The notes under the pieces: model-generated
The model's database searches: none
Told to the model about the DNA's origin: nothing
What the model saw: only the letters and a program-made list of their open reading frames with translations
NCBI GenBank assembly: GCA_951406725.2
Contig: OX597834.1
Location: forward strand, 3,906,001 to 3,970,000
Source: Octopus vulgaris
Lineage: Eukaryota
Direction of reading: 5' to 3'
DNA: 64,000 nucleotides
Made by a program: the position numbers and the translations under genes
Part shown: positions 48,290 to 60,775 of the stretch, one piece after another
How the letters are laid out: each line of letters begins with the position of its first letter
Numbering within the stretch: position 1 is the stretch's first letter

Positions 48290-49647
48290 TATATAATAAT
48301 TTCCAAATAAAAACAATGATTTTGTAAAGAATCATTTCCTTGACAGGCAGAAAGCTACGAATTTGTTGAAGAGTAAAAATCCCTTTGCAGAGTTCACTGA
48401 TACTTGGGAGAATGAAAGACAAAATTGACACTAGAGCAATTTTACTTGTAACATGCATGCACTTGCCAAATAATTTCTGATCTGGAAGCCCATCCATCAT
48501 TGATTTCAAGAGATTGTCATGATGTGAAGACTACTTTTAAAGACACTAGACTATGAAAAGTGAAGTCAGCTTTAGCAATTCAAAACTTATAGGAAATATA
48601 CTATTAATGCAATTAGTACAGTTATCTTCTGCTTCCGTCAGCCACATTAATAATCATTTTGAGAGGGCATTTATGTTTATCCAATCAACCTAGAACAGTA
48701 ATGGAAAAGAACAAGGCAATAAAATAAAGGCTCTTATACAGGACCCTAAATGAAACCTCCCCAGTACTAGATAGGAAATATACATAGAAGGTAGTCATAC
48801 CTCAATACTCACAGTTTATATATACACAGGTAGAGTTGTTAGTAGGCTGTTATGTGTGTGTAGGTAAATGGATATGTAAGTAAACACAAAGGTAGGTACG
48901 TAGATAATATGGACAGACAAGCACACACACAAACACATACACAAATGAAGGCTGAAACACATGAAACACAGACACACACATGGAGAGACATATCTATACA
49001 TAACAGACACATGTACACAGTCACCCAAACCCATTCACATATACATACATGCATAGACATACATGAATATATACACATGAACACTGACACACACAAACAA
49101 AATGAACGCAGGGCTGTTCAGGCTGCAGGTCTTTTTTTGTCATGGTTTCTATGACTGGATGCTCTTTCTAACACCAACCACTTTTCAGAGTGTGGACTGG
49201 GTGCTTTTTACATGGCACCAGCATCTATGAGCCCACAAGATTAGGGATGTTCAGCAGGGGAGGGTTGCAAGGGAAGAGCCTGGATGCAAGGGCAGCCACG
49301 CTTTTACTCAGCTGGAAATGTCCTTTCAAGCACAGCAAACCACGAGGGTCCCTTTGTTGAGTCCCAACGTTTTCTAGTATCTACTCCTTCCACATGACCC
49401 CTCTCCAATTAGAGATTGGCACCTCTTGATGCACCTGTCTTCATTCATATGCATTACATGGCCATTCCACTGCAGTCTTCTCTCTCGCACACTACATCAG
49501 ATGCTACGTAGACCCAGTTTTTCGCTCAAATCACTTACACTCTGTCATATATACACACTGACATTACCCACCCAGCAAAGCACACTGGCTTCATTTCTTT
49601 CAAGTTTTTGCATATCCTCAGTAGCCACATACACACACACATATGTA

Positions 49648-49910
49648 CATCATCATCATCATCGTTTAACGTCCATTTTCCATACTAGCATGGGTTGGAC
49701 GGTTCAACTGGGGTCTGGGAAGCCCGAAGGCTGCACCAGGCCAGTCAGATCTGGCAGTGTTTCTACAGCTGGATGCCCTTCCTAACGCCAACCACTCCGA
49801 GAGTGTAGTGGGTGCTTTTTACGTGCCACCTGCACAGGTGCCAGACGAGGCTGGCGAACGGCCACGCATGGAGGCCAGGCAAGTCTCGCAATGGCCACAA
49901 TCGGATGGTG
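49648..49910 (-). mobile_element. Repeat family C
   Basis: (CAT)n cgtttaacgtcc...gggtgctttttacgtgccacc. Confidence 0.8.
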
Positions 49911-49915
49911 TTTGT

Positions 49916-49959
<44 letters not shown>

Positions 49960-50055
49960 TAAAAACGTTAAGATAACAAAAGAAAGAAAGAGACCTCAAT
50001 ATTATGTAAATAGAGGAATTTATCTGTAAATATAATATGTGACAATTATTCAAAA

Positions 50056-50125
50056 GCCAAGATAAAACTCTGAGTTTCGGATGCCGAGGTGGAAATCCAC
50101 ACCACCATCTCTCCAGTTATCTGGC
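50056..50125 (-). ncRNA. Degenerate type-I hammerhead motif (CUGGAGA core)
   Basis: GCCAGAUAA CUGGAGA GAUG..CAUC C GAAA CUC A GAG UU UUAUCUUGGC. Confidence 0.45.
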
Positions 50126-50195
50126 AATTGGAAAAAACGCTATGAAAAATGACCGTTATACAAAGGGAAATTACTGTGTTGTTGAACGCTATTTA

Positions 50196-50243
<48 letters not shown>

Positions 50244-50869
50244 TATATATATATATATTTAGACATATATATATATTTGACTGAAGATTAGAGGCTTCGA
50301 ATGACCTGTCTTTTTTGTATCATCTATTTGAATGTTTTGCGTTCTTGTCCCATTTTGTATTTTTATATATCTTTTTTATACATACATATATATATATGTG
50401 CATATCTTTGTGTATGTGTTTGTCCCTCACCACTGCTTCACAACCGGTGTTGGTGCGTTTACATCCCTGTAACTTAGCAGTTCAGCAGAAGACATCTGTA
50501 GAACAAGGCTTTACAGAAAAATCAGGACTGGGGTTGATAAGTTTGACTAAAAGTTTTCAAGGCAGTGCTCCAGTATGGCTGCAGCCTAAAGGTATTTCAT
50601 TTCGTCAGGACCCAGATCTAGATTACACAATGTCATCGATGTTATCAATTTATTTTTATAAAAAAAGTAAAAGGGTGTGTGAGAGAGAGAAATTAGTTTT
50701 CCATTTGTAGCGAGTAGAGCAGCCATTATTGACTTGATGGAAGCTTTCTGATGGTTGTAAGTGGCTGACATTATTATTGCCATAAGAGGGAAATGAAATC
50801 TGGAGAAGGTGGATGTGTTGCAGGTGAATTGTGAAGAATTATATTATTAAATTCAGATTATTAAATTCA

Positions 50870-51285
50870 GGCGCAGGAGTGGCTGTGTGGTAAGTAGCTT
50901 GCTAACCAACCACATGGCTCCGGGTTCAGTCCCACTGCGTGGCATCTTGGGCAAGTGTCTTCTGCTATAGCCCCGGGCCGACCAATGCCTTGTGAGTGGA
51001 TTTGGTAGACGGAAACTGAAAGAAGCCCGTTGTATATATGTATATATATGTATATGTGTGCGTGTGTTGTGTGTGTTTGTGTGTTTGTCCCCCTAGCATT
51101 GCTTGACAACCGATGCTGGTGTGTTTACGTCCCCGTCACTTAGCGGTTCGGCAAAAGAGACCGATAGAATAAGTACTGGGCTCACAAAGAATAAGTCCCG
51201 GGGTCGAGTTGCTCGACTAAAGGCGGTGCTCCAGCATGGCCACAGTCAAATGACCGAAACAAGTAAAAAATAAAAAGATAAAGAT
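50870..51285 (+). mobile_element. SINE family A, full length
   Basis: Matches the family consensus. Confidence 0.9.
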
Positions 51286-51609
51286 AAATGGTAACACGAG
51301 TAATGAGAAACATAACTGAAGGTTACAGGAGAACTGTGACTAAAAGTATTAATTACTGGAATTAAGGGGGCATTTAGAGGATAGACAAGCAACAAGCTAT
51401 TCTGAGTATTTGGGTATTTATATCATTGTCACTAACATTGCTATCATCATATAAAATCTCAACACAGTCTCTTACTGAACTAGAAATAACAGCCAAATCA
51501 TCATCGTATTTGCAAATTTAATTTCTAAATATGCAGTTTTCGTTTTAGTAACTTTCAATGTTTTTTTTTGTTTTTGTTTGTCCTTTGTTTGCATTTTTAC
51601 AAATTCATG

Positions 51610-51860
51610 TCCACCATCATCGTTTAGCGTCCGCTTTCCATGCTAGCATGGGTTGGACGGTTCAACTGGGGTCTGGGAAGCCAGGAGGCTGCACCAGGCC
51701 CAGTTTGATCTGGCAATGTTTCTACGACTGGATGCCCTTCCTAACGCCAACCACTCCATGAGTGTAGTGGGTGCTTTTTACGTGCCACCGGCACAGGTGC
51801 CAGACGAGTCTGGCAAACGGCCACGATCGGATGGTGCTTTTTATGTGCCTCCGACACGGG
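51610..51860 (-). mobile_element. Repeat family C
   Basis: As 49648-49910. Confidence 0.8.
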
Positions 51861-52051
51861 GCGCTATAGTAATAAAACAGACAAAAGAAAAAAAAAAGCT
51901 CAAGAAATTTCTCTCAAAATTTAGAGCCACCCTCATCACTTCTCATCAGCCCAGAACTGAACTGAACCAAGAGTGAGTTTGGGAATATGTGCCTTCATCT
52001 GTATAGGAGGGTATCTATACATATATGAGAATATATTTTCACATGTATGTG

Positions 52052-52074
<23 letters not shown>

Positions 52075-52086
<12 letters not shown>

Positions 52087-52438
52087 GGCAGTTTGTCTGT
52101 GCGTGTTTCTGTGTGTCTGTTTTCTCGTACCCTCACCCTGACCACGGCTTTCAACCGATTCTGATGAAACTTGACTCACACATAGCCCAATGTCATAATT
52201 CAAAACCAACGCAGCGAAAATTTTGAAAAGTTCCCCCAGTTCTGAAAAAAATCGATAAATTCGACATGGGGTCGAGAATTAGAAACACAAACCACAGACC
52301 GTCTAGGGGACTCCACCTTTTTTAACTCTCAAAAAAAATTTACCATCATTTTTTTTCCATTTTTTGGCTATAACTCTCTAAAAATGCTTTATAGTTATTT
52401 CCCTTACAAACCTGAGCAACGCCGGGCGATACTGCTAG
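52075..52438 (+). mobile_element. Non-autonomous Helitron-like element
   Basis: tatataaacggcagtttgtctgtg ... cctgagcaacgccgggcgatactgCTAG|T. Confidence 0.8.
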
Positions 52439-52497
52439 TATATATATATAAGCAATAACAAATCTCTGAACGAGATGTAAACAGTAACTGCAGGACA

Positions 52498-52685
52498 ATG
52501 TAAGGTATACTTGCCATCTCAATATGGCTAACCATTAAGGGTGGATGCTACTGTAGCTTGTAGCCCCAGGAGAACATCTTCTCCAGCTGGCTTTAGGCAC
52601 ACTTTCTGAGCCCTTATGGCTACAAGCTACAGTAACATCCACCCTTAGTGGTTAGCCATATTGAGATGGCAAGTATACCTTACAT
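52498..52685. mobile_element. MITE with ~65-bp terminal inverted repeats
   Basis: atgtaaggtatacttgccatctcaatatggctaacca...tggttagccatattgagatggcaagtataccttacat. Confidence 0.85.
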
Positions 52686-52810
52686 ATATATGTATATATA
52701 CTATTATACTATATATATATATATACTATTATACTATATATATATATATATATATATACTATTATACTATATATATATATACTATTATACTATATATATA
52801 TATACTATTA

Positions 52811-52844
<34 letters not shown>

Positions 52845-53164
52845 TATCTGTAGGTGGGGTTACTGCAGATCCCACATCTACCATCTCCACACTCTTTTAC
52901 AAAGAATTCAGTTTTAGTTTCTGATGGGAATTTCGCTCTTTTTAGTTGCTTCTTCAGGTTTTTGTCCTGTCGACAAGACATTGGATTAAAAGGGTTAGAT
53001 CCTTTTGATTCAATACTTCAACACATTGTTAACCTTTGGCCCCTTCAATAGGCATGGAATGGTTTGTTATAAAAATATCATAAGATTCAGTGAGGCGTTT
53101 ATTTCAGTTTTCGTGCTTATTGATTTTTTCAATTTCCATGTTTCAAATTGCAGTTGTGATCCCT

Positions 53165-53470
53165 GTGCTGGTGGCACGTAAAAAGCACCATCCGAACGTG
53201 GCCGATGCCAGTGCCGCCTTGACTGGCTTCTGTGCTGGTGGCATGCAAAAAGCACCAACCGATTGTGGCCATTTGCCAGCCTCCCCTGGCATGTAAAAAG
53301 CACCCACTACAATCACGGAGTGGTTGGCATTAGGAAGGGCATCCAGCTGTAGAAACACTGCCAGATCAGACTGGAGCCTGGTGCAGCCTCCTGGCTTCCC
53401 AGGCTCCGGTCGAACTGGCCAACCCATGCTAGCATGGAAAACGGACGTTAAACGATGATGATGATGATGA
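53165..53470 (+). mobile_element. Repeat family C with internal subrepeats
   Basis: Three ggca.g.aaaaagcacc units then the family C tail and (GAT)n. Confidence 0.8.
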
Positions 53471-53737
53471 TTAATCTTTTCAGTTTTGTATGATTTGTTA
53501 TAAAAACATTATCAGATTCAATTTGAGGCTTCATCATTTCACTTTTTTTTTTTTAATTAAGGGTTGAACAATTTTTTTCAGTTGAGGGAGATAAAAGTGC
53601 CAATATTTCTCATAAAACGTGGGGGAGGATAACCCAATATTTTAATGGGGATGAGAAAACCAAAAAGTAGCGCTTTCTCTTGACCAAATACCAAGCTGGG
53701 TGTCAGCAAATAATTTTCTTCAAGGAATGTGATTAGT

Positions 53738-54153
53738 GGTGCAGGAGTGGCTGTGGGGTAAGTAGCTTGCTAACCAACCACACGGTTCCTGGTTCAGTCC
53801 CATTGCGTGGAATCTTGGGCAAGTGTCTTCTGCTATAGCCCTGGGCCGACCAATGCCTTGTGAGTGGATTTGGTAGACGGAAACTGAAAGAAGCCTGTCG
53901 TATATATGTATATATATATATATAAGTGTGTGTGTATGTGTTTGTGTGTCTATGTTTGTCCCCCTAGCATTGCTTGACAACCGATGCTGGTGTGTTTACG
54001 TCCCCGTCACTTAGCGGTTCGGCAAAAGAGACCGATAGAATAAGTACTGGGCTTACAAAGAATAAGTCCCGGGGTCGATTTGCTCGATTAAAGGCCGTGC
54101 TCCAGCATGGCCGCAGTCCAAAATGACTGAAACAAGTAAAAGAGTAAAAGAGA
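53738..54153 (+). mobile_element. SINE family A, full length
   Basis: Matches the family consensus. Confidence 0.9.
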
Positions 54154-54154
54154 G

Positions 54155-55430
54155 TGGTTTTGTTTTGTCAATTTGTTCTATGACTTAACAGGTTTGTGTG
54201 GTTAAAGAGACAGGCTTGCAATTTCCAGGATCTGCTCTGATTCCATCTTTACGAATAGGGCATACAATGCTGTCTTTCCATTTGCCTGGATGCTTGCCAC
54301 TTTCAAGGAACTCCTGAAAGACAGACTGTAGTCATTTTGCTAGGGTTCATTTATATGATTTTAGAAGGATTGCTGGAAATCCATCAGGGCCAATAACAAA
54401 GTTTAGGCTTATTTAATCTATGGCTAGTATTACATCTTTTGTGTTGATGTAATCAGTCACTGCTGCCTCCCCTTGTGCATCTATAGTGGTAAGAACTCAT
54501 CTGGTTTGCTCACTTGCTTGTGCCTCAGAGGGGAAGTGAAAACATTTTTGAATTGTTCATTCAGTATTTCACTTATCCTTTTGGGGTTTGCAGTCAGGGA
54601 GCCGAGTGATCCTCCCTTGCCAGACATTAACCCTATAGCATTTAATCCGGCCATATCCGGCCCAAGTGTTCCACTTGTTTTATGTTAAAACTGTCTGGAT
54701 CCAACCTCTCGCACCTACCCTACAATGTCATTTTAAAAGGATATAGCCACACCATTTAAATTTTGAAGTTGCAAAATAATATGTGATTAATTCAAAACAG
54801 TATGAATAAATAAGCAATAAATTTCACAAAGAAATATGACTGCTAAAGGGTTAAGGTTGTTATTTAGTGAAGCTAAAGAAAGTTTTAAGGTTTGTTTTTA
54901 TATTTTCTATAATACTAGTTTCCTTTTCAAGAGAGTATACCAAATGTTTCTCATCTCCTGTACTATCTTTTTTAGATGGGATTGTTGGCTCTTATCTACT
55001 TTATTTGCAATCTGTATTCTTCTCTTAAACAATCTATTCTTTCCCTAGCAATTTTGTTTTCATGCAGACTTTCTGGTTTTCTCCAAGACAAATTCTATGC
55101 ATTTGGCTTGTATTACTGACATGAATCATTCAAGTTCCATGATGATGTCAGGTACAAAGAATCATTTAGGCTAATTCTGCTACATGATTTCTTTCTGTAT
55201 ATTTTTCTTCCAGGAAGCTTGGTGGCAGTTCAGATTGGATAAAGTCTAAGGGTTTCTTATAGGCTATATACCTGTGGCTTCCTTTCACTCATACTTAGTT
55301 AGTTCAGCTATATTGTGATCCAAGATTGTCGTGTCACTTTCACATTATGGACTAATTCCATATTATTTGCAAAGCAGAGATCCAGAATATTATTTGCCCT
55401 GGTTGGGTGGAGTATTATCTTTTCCATAAA
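54155..55430 (-). mobile_element. Degraded CR1/L2-group LINE (APE end to RT start)
   Basis: PTRANNILDLCFANN..DHN (APE C-terminus); GPDGFPAILLK..WKDSIVCPIRKDG..PGNCKPVSLT (RT N-terminal motifs). Confidence 0.8.
54627..54854. mobile_element. piggyBac-type MITE nested in the LINE
   Basis: TTAA ccctatagcattt ... gctaaaggg TTAA. Confidence 0.8.
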
Positions 55431-55431
55431 T

Positions 55432-55590
55432 TGGCGTTAGGAAGGGCATCCAGCTGCAGAAACTCTGCCAGATCAAGATTGGAGCCTGGTGCAGCCATCT
55501 GGTTTGCCAGCCTTCAGTCAAAATCGTCCAACCCATACTAGCATGGAAAGCAGACGTTAAACAATGATGACGATGATGATGATGATGAGG
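55432..55590 (+). mobile_element. Repeat family C, 3' part
   Basis: ttggcgttaggaagggcatccagc...(GAT)n. Confidence 0.75.
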
Positions 55591-56989
55591 ATGAATACGA
55601 TGGTGAGGTTTGTTTATGCCTTGTCATTCCTGATAGAAAGTACCCTTCAGGGTATCCGACACTGAGTTTACCGAAGTCTCCCATAAGAAGCTAAATGATG
55701 TGTCAATAAAGTTTGGTTAGAGCCAGCCTTCAACCATATCCACATAATTTGGACCATGTGATGGGGGATGCTAACAATTTTGAGTTGTCTTATTTGTACT
55801 ATTCAGGTATGCAGGCAATCTGAAAGCACCTCTTGGAGAGTGGACCATACCCTGCCAGGAATACAGTGAAGTCATGGGATTGCAGAACGGTGGATTTTGA
55901 AGGGGTAGCAGAAGAGCTCAACTGAGCCAACAGTGCTAGGAATCCTAGAAGACCAACGGTCAGGATCACCAAGCTCTATCAAGGGGGTAACTACAACACA
56001 TCCATAGAGGCAGCGTCCATAGTTGTGTAGTCATCTAATGGAAGATTCGCTATTACTCAAGCTGCCAATCCAAATTCATAGAATTGAATGGCAAGAGAGA
56101 GTGATGGGAATCTGCAAAAGCAGTGCACCCGAAGAAGAGAGTATGAGCTATTAGTGTCCTACACAACAAGTTTGAATATGATGTGTGTGGTCTTCACTGT
56201 GATTCCTGCTTTTCCTGTCAGTAGACATTTCTTGGCCAGGGGCAATGGTAGAAAATATTTGCCTGAAGTGCAAATATTGTGTGTGTGTGTGTGTGCGAGC
56301 ATGTGTGTGAGTGCTTGTATTTACTAATAGGGGAGGAAGTACTCAATACATAAAGTAGAATTGTCTAGAGAAGTGAAACTCAGAGTAGCAACGAAAGGGA
56401 GTTTAAGCTTCACAACTGTGAATTTAAATGTTTGGTATAAATATTAAAAAACATATTTCTGTGAGTATCCTGAGTGATGCCTTGCGCTTCTAGACCGAAA
56501 GAGCTTTCTCTTTCAGAAAGAGGAGGCAAGGATAGAGTATAAATGCATAATTGAAATACCTTTGCCACTGAGACTCTTTGTGTCACTCTATCTCCTTCCC
56601 ATCTTTCACACCCACCTTACATTCCACTCACTCACCCACCCATACAATTTAGACATAACTATTTCATACACAGTGACAACACTATTTATAGGGCAAACAA
56701 TGAGGTGGGGACGTGAAAGCGGTGTCGGGAGAAGGATGAACCTCAAACACACAAGCAGGAATAAATGAATCAACGAACATATATAATTATGGAGAGAGAG
56801 AGAGCAATGAAAGAAACTCGACAGATCATTGTCTACCTTCTTAAAAAGGGGCGACACGTTAGGTAGTGTCCATGCACTGGAAAAACACTCGAGAACAGAA
56901 ACTGTAATACGTTTGCACATAGGTCTGGTCAGTCAATATGTCCAGTCACAAAGTTGAAACCTAGAGTCCATATGGCTGACACAAATTTT

Positions 56990-57020
<31 letters not shown>

Positions 57021-57067
57021 CGAGAAAGACATGTAGGAAACAATGGAGGTGGAGGGGGCGAACGAAA

Positions 57068-57436
57068 TCTCTCCATATATAAACGGCAAAATGTCTGTCT
57101 GTGTGTGTATCCTTTATACAAATCCACAATTTTTCAGTTAGAGGGCTCGCACTTTCCATGGTCATTCAAAACCGTCCAAGGGTGGCCGTGCACATCTTTA
57201 CATTTCCCCAGTCACCCCGCAAAGCCATTAAAAAATCAATAGAAGTGACTTTTTTGTGAATTTTCTATCCAAAACCTAATCAAAATGCCTGAAACTTGAT
57301 ACGCCAATTGAATGCCAGCTAGCTGTATGTGATTGGCCGGATATTTGGACAGTATTCGCATGTATGTGCGCATGTACGCAGCTGTATATGCATGCACTAG
57401 CACTATGACCTGGCGTTGCCGGGTCATAGTGCCAGT
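57068..57436 (+). mobile_element. Helitron-like element with a long terminal hairpin
   Basis: tctctccatatataaacggcaaaatgtctgtctg ... actagcactatgacctggcgttgccgggtcatagtgccagt. Confidence 0.65.
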
Positions 57437-57690
57437 TTAAACTAAAATTATATTGTGGCTTGATCGGTATTTTAATTACAAAGTGGAAACTTATGGTGTA
57501 GAAGATATGGTAGAGCACTAGACCAAATGCTCTTGCTCCCAGCAAGTACTGGAGTTCCTTTAATCAACTGCATCTGTCACAAACATGAAGCCTTATGATA
57601 GGGAGAGTTTACGAAAAAAACAAAAGACGAAGACAGGTGGTGTACAAAATAAACAGATGTATTAGAATAACGCTCAGGAATAGAAAAAGT

Positions 57691-57726
57691 CTTTTACGTT
57701 TCGAACCTACGCTCTTCTACAGAAAG
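57691..57726 (-). ncRNA. Minimal hammerhead variant (CUGUAGA core), second copy in element 57598-57760
   Basis: CUUU CUGUAGA A GAGC guag GUUC GAAA CG UA^ AAAG. Confidence 0.55.
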
Positions 57727-58029
57727 GTACACAGAGAAAAACAAGGAGAGAAAAAAAAAAGCTTTATGATAATTTAATATCTAGAAATAAGACAACTTGA
57801 AATCTCTCAGGTAAGGTCAAGCTCTGTGGAAGACTTGTGAAAAACCAGTAACTGATGTGACCAATACCATTAGTATTTTAAGAAAATCCAGTCCACTCAA
57901 CTATCAATTGGTATCATAGGTAGGAACAAATGGTGGTAGCGTTGTGATACTGACGAGGGTTTTACTTCGTTAGCAAGCAGCTACCTGAAGGAGGATACAT
58001 TCTACTAGGGATACAATCACTTATATATT

Positions 58030-58243
58030 TCTTCACTACCCACAAGGGGCTAAACACAGAAGGGACAAACGGATTAAGTCAATTATATCGACCCCAGTGC
58101 GTAGCTGGTACTTATTTAATAGACCCCGAAAGGATGAAAGGCAAACTTGACCTTGGCGGAATTTGAACTCAGAACATAACGCCAGACCAGATACTGCTAA
58201 GCATTTCGCCCGGTGTGCTAACGATTCTGCCAGCTCGCCGCCT
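58030..58243 (-). mobile_element. SINE family B monomer
   Basis: Reverse complement of 10802-11026 with a complete ggcggcgagctggcagaatcg head. Confidence 0.85.
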
Positions 58244-58631
58244 TTATACAATCACTTATATTTAAACAAAAATTTTGTAATTCCCTCCTACCTAATGGTT
58301 TATATCAGACACTACATGGGACTAATGATGCATTCATTTATTCAAAATTAACACTTCACTCCATGACTAACCAAAATTTTCTTTTATTTGGTTTTTATTA
58401 ACAGATACAGAAGTGAAACACCTGTCTTCTACAAGAGTAGATGAAAAGAGCTTTTCAATAGGATTTCTTTTATACTAAAGAATTTTGTTCTTTCCTGGAA
58501 AGAACGGAGTTACTTTTTTGCCCTTTCACAACAAACTTATTGGTACAGTCTCAATTTCACACTTCAAGTGTATGTATATTATGGAAAGTAAGGTGAAATT
58601 TATTACTTCTATTCCCCAAATGATATACACT

Positions 58632-58852
58632 CTTTACTCTTACTCTTTTACTCGTTTCAGTCATTTGACTGTGGCCATGCTGGAGCACCGCCTTTAGTCG
58701 AGCAAATCGACCCCGGGACTTATTCTTTGTAAGCCCAGTACTTATTCTATCGGTCTCTTTTGCCGAACCGCTAAGTGACGGGGACGTAAACACACCAGCA
58801 TCGGTTGTCAAGCAATTCTAGGCGGACAAACACAGACACACAAACATACACG

Positions 58853-58909
<57 letters not shown>

Positions 58910-59015
58910 GACAGGCTTCCTTCAGTTTCCGTCTACCAAATCTACTCACAAGGCTTTGGTCGGCCCGAGGCTATAGTAGAAGACACTTGCCCAAGGTGCC
59001 ATGCAGTGGGACTGA
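58632..59015 (-). mobile_element. SINE family A (5'-truncated)
   Basis: Reverse complement of the consensus. Confidence 0.9.
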
Positions 59016-59996
59016 AATTTTACATTCAAGTGCATAATGCATTTTAATATCATCTTCAGGCAGTATTTTTATCTGATAATCAAACGGTCTGAGAAGCATT
59101 TACAATTTGTAAACAGATGGATTTAGTGATGGCCTCAACTAATTCCTAGATGTAAAGTTAATTATACATCTTTTCTGTCAAATACAAGTACTTTTTCTGT
59201 ATTTAGTTCCAGGTCAGCCTCTGATCAAACAATCCAATGATCAAAAGTGATTCCTATGTGACTAATCCTTGTCAATTTTTTGTTCTTCACATAAGTGTAT
59301 CTAGGAAAATATTATCCGGCAAATCCATTTTTTAAGTGTGTGTAGTATAACTGGAGACATTTGGCAGCTATTTCTTGTAACCACATAGCTACTTAATACA
59401 TTGGGAGAGGAAATGCTTTCTTAGCAATAATGAGAAATTTCTTGTTCAAGTTGCAAAGACCTAGATGCTTTCTCTTTTTCTGGTTCTGTGAATTTTATAA
59501 TTTTTCTTCAGAATTTTGTTATAATTTTCATAGGACTTCATTGCAACTGTGCAGTGGGATTACACAGAATTTTAGTAAACGACAAAACATACAAGCCATA
59601 CATTCATCTCTTATTATTCCATGCATTCAACCATTCTATTGTTGCTTTGTCCAGGTTAATGTTGTTTTTGTTCTAGACGCGGAAAGAGCAAGAAGAATAT
59701 CGTTTTTACAGTGGGGCAACACATTTGCACGAAAGGATTCTTTCGATTTGTGACCACAATCTGAAAAATGGATTAACTGAGATTACTCATCCATGTCCAA
59801 GGCAGGCGTATCTAAATAGCTCTCCACCACCCCACTGAGAAAAAGTCTCTTCAGATTCTCATCTTTTTAACATTACAATTTTGTTAAGACGAAAAACATT
59901 TTTTTTATATTTCAAATTTTCCCTCTATCCACCCAGAGCTTTTGTTTTTTTGAAAATTTCAGGTGGGATTCCATGTTTAAAAATACAAAGATTACT

Positions 59997-60143
59997 AGGC
60001 GCAGGAGTTGCTGTGTGGTAAGTAGCTTGCTAACCAACCATATGGTTCCAGGTTCAGTCCCACTGCGTGGCATCTTGGGCAAGTGTCTTCTGCTATAGCC
60101 TTGTGAGTGGATTTGATAGACGGAAACTGAAAGAAGCCTGTCG

Positions 60144-60177
<34 letters not shown>

Positions 60178-60379
60178 CATGTATGTTCCCCCAACATCGC
60201 TTGACAACCGATGCTGGTGTGTTTACGACCCCGTTATTTAGCGGTTCGGCAAAAGGGACCGATAGAATAAGTACTGGGCTTACAAAGAATAAGTCCTGGG
60301 GTCGATTTGATTCGACTAAAGGCGGTGCTCCAGCATGGCCACAGTCAAATGACTGAAACAAGTAAAAGAGTAAAAGAGT
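59997..60379 (+). mobile_element. SINE family A, full length
   Basis: Consensus match; tacta on both flanks is a possible TSD. Confidence 0.9.
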
Positions 60380-60646
60380 ACTATTCTCAATTTAAAATTT
60401 TTTTTTTTTTATTTCAGATCTACAATGTCGATTGCTAACGAAATTTTTCTTATTTCAATTTGTGATCACAACCCAACTACAGAGTTGTAAAACTTCCATA
60501 AAATATGATTAACATGAGTCTACTCCCTAGTAGACCAACACTGCCTCTCAGGGGAATGTTCAAGACCTAAAAATAAGGGAGACGACTTCAATGGTCTCGT
60601 CAGGCATTTTACTTTCAACCATGTTATTTAGGTTACTGGCTTCAAA

Positions 60647-60775
60647 GTGAATTACAGGTGAAAGAGGGGGGGAGAGAGAGAGAGTGCGTGTGCTAATTAC
60701 AAGTGAATACAGGTGAAAGAGGGGTGGGGAGAGCAGAGAGAGAGAGAGTGCGTGCGTGTGTGCAAATTACAAGTC
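60647..60775. repeat. Imperfect ~55-70-bp tandem duplication with (GA)n
   Basis: gtgaa.tacaggtgaaagagggg..gagagagagagtgcgtg..aattacaagt occurs twice. Confidence 0.8.

Noticed and set aside
52160-52175. CUGAUGA hammerhead core
   Set aside because: Inside a Helitron, with no stem II or stem I geometry.
57950-57975. CUGACGA hammerhead core
   Set aside because: A simple hairpin without the GAAA half.
59430-59870. Upstream host exon or hAT transposase remnant
   Set aside because: All three minus frames stop after the tttttcAG acceptor; faint hAT-like words (LPH, NLDKATIE) are too weak to call.
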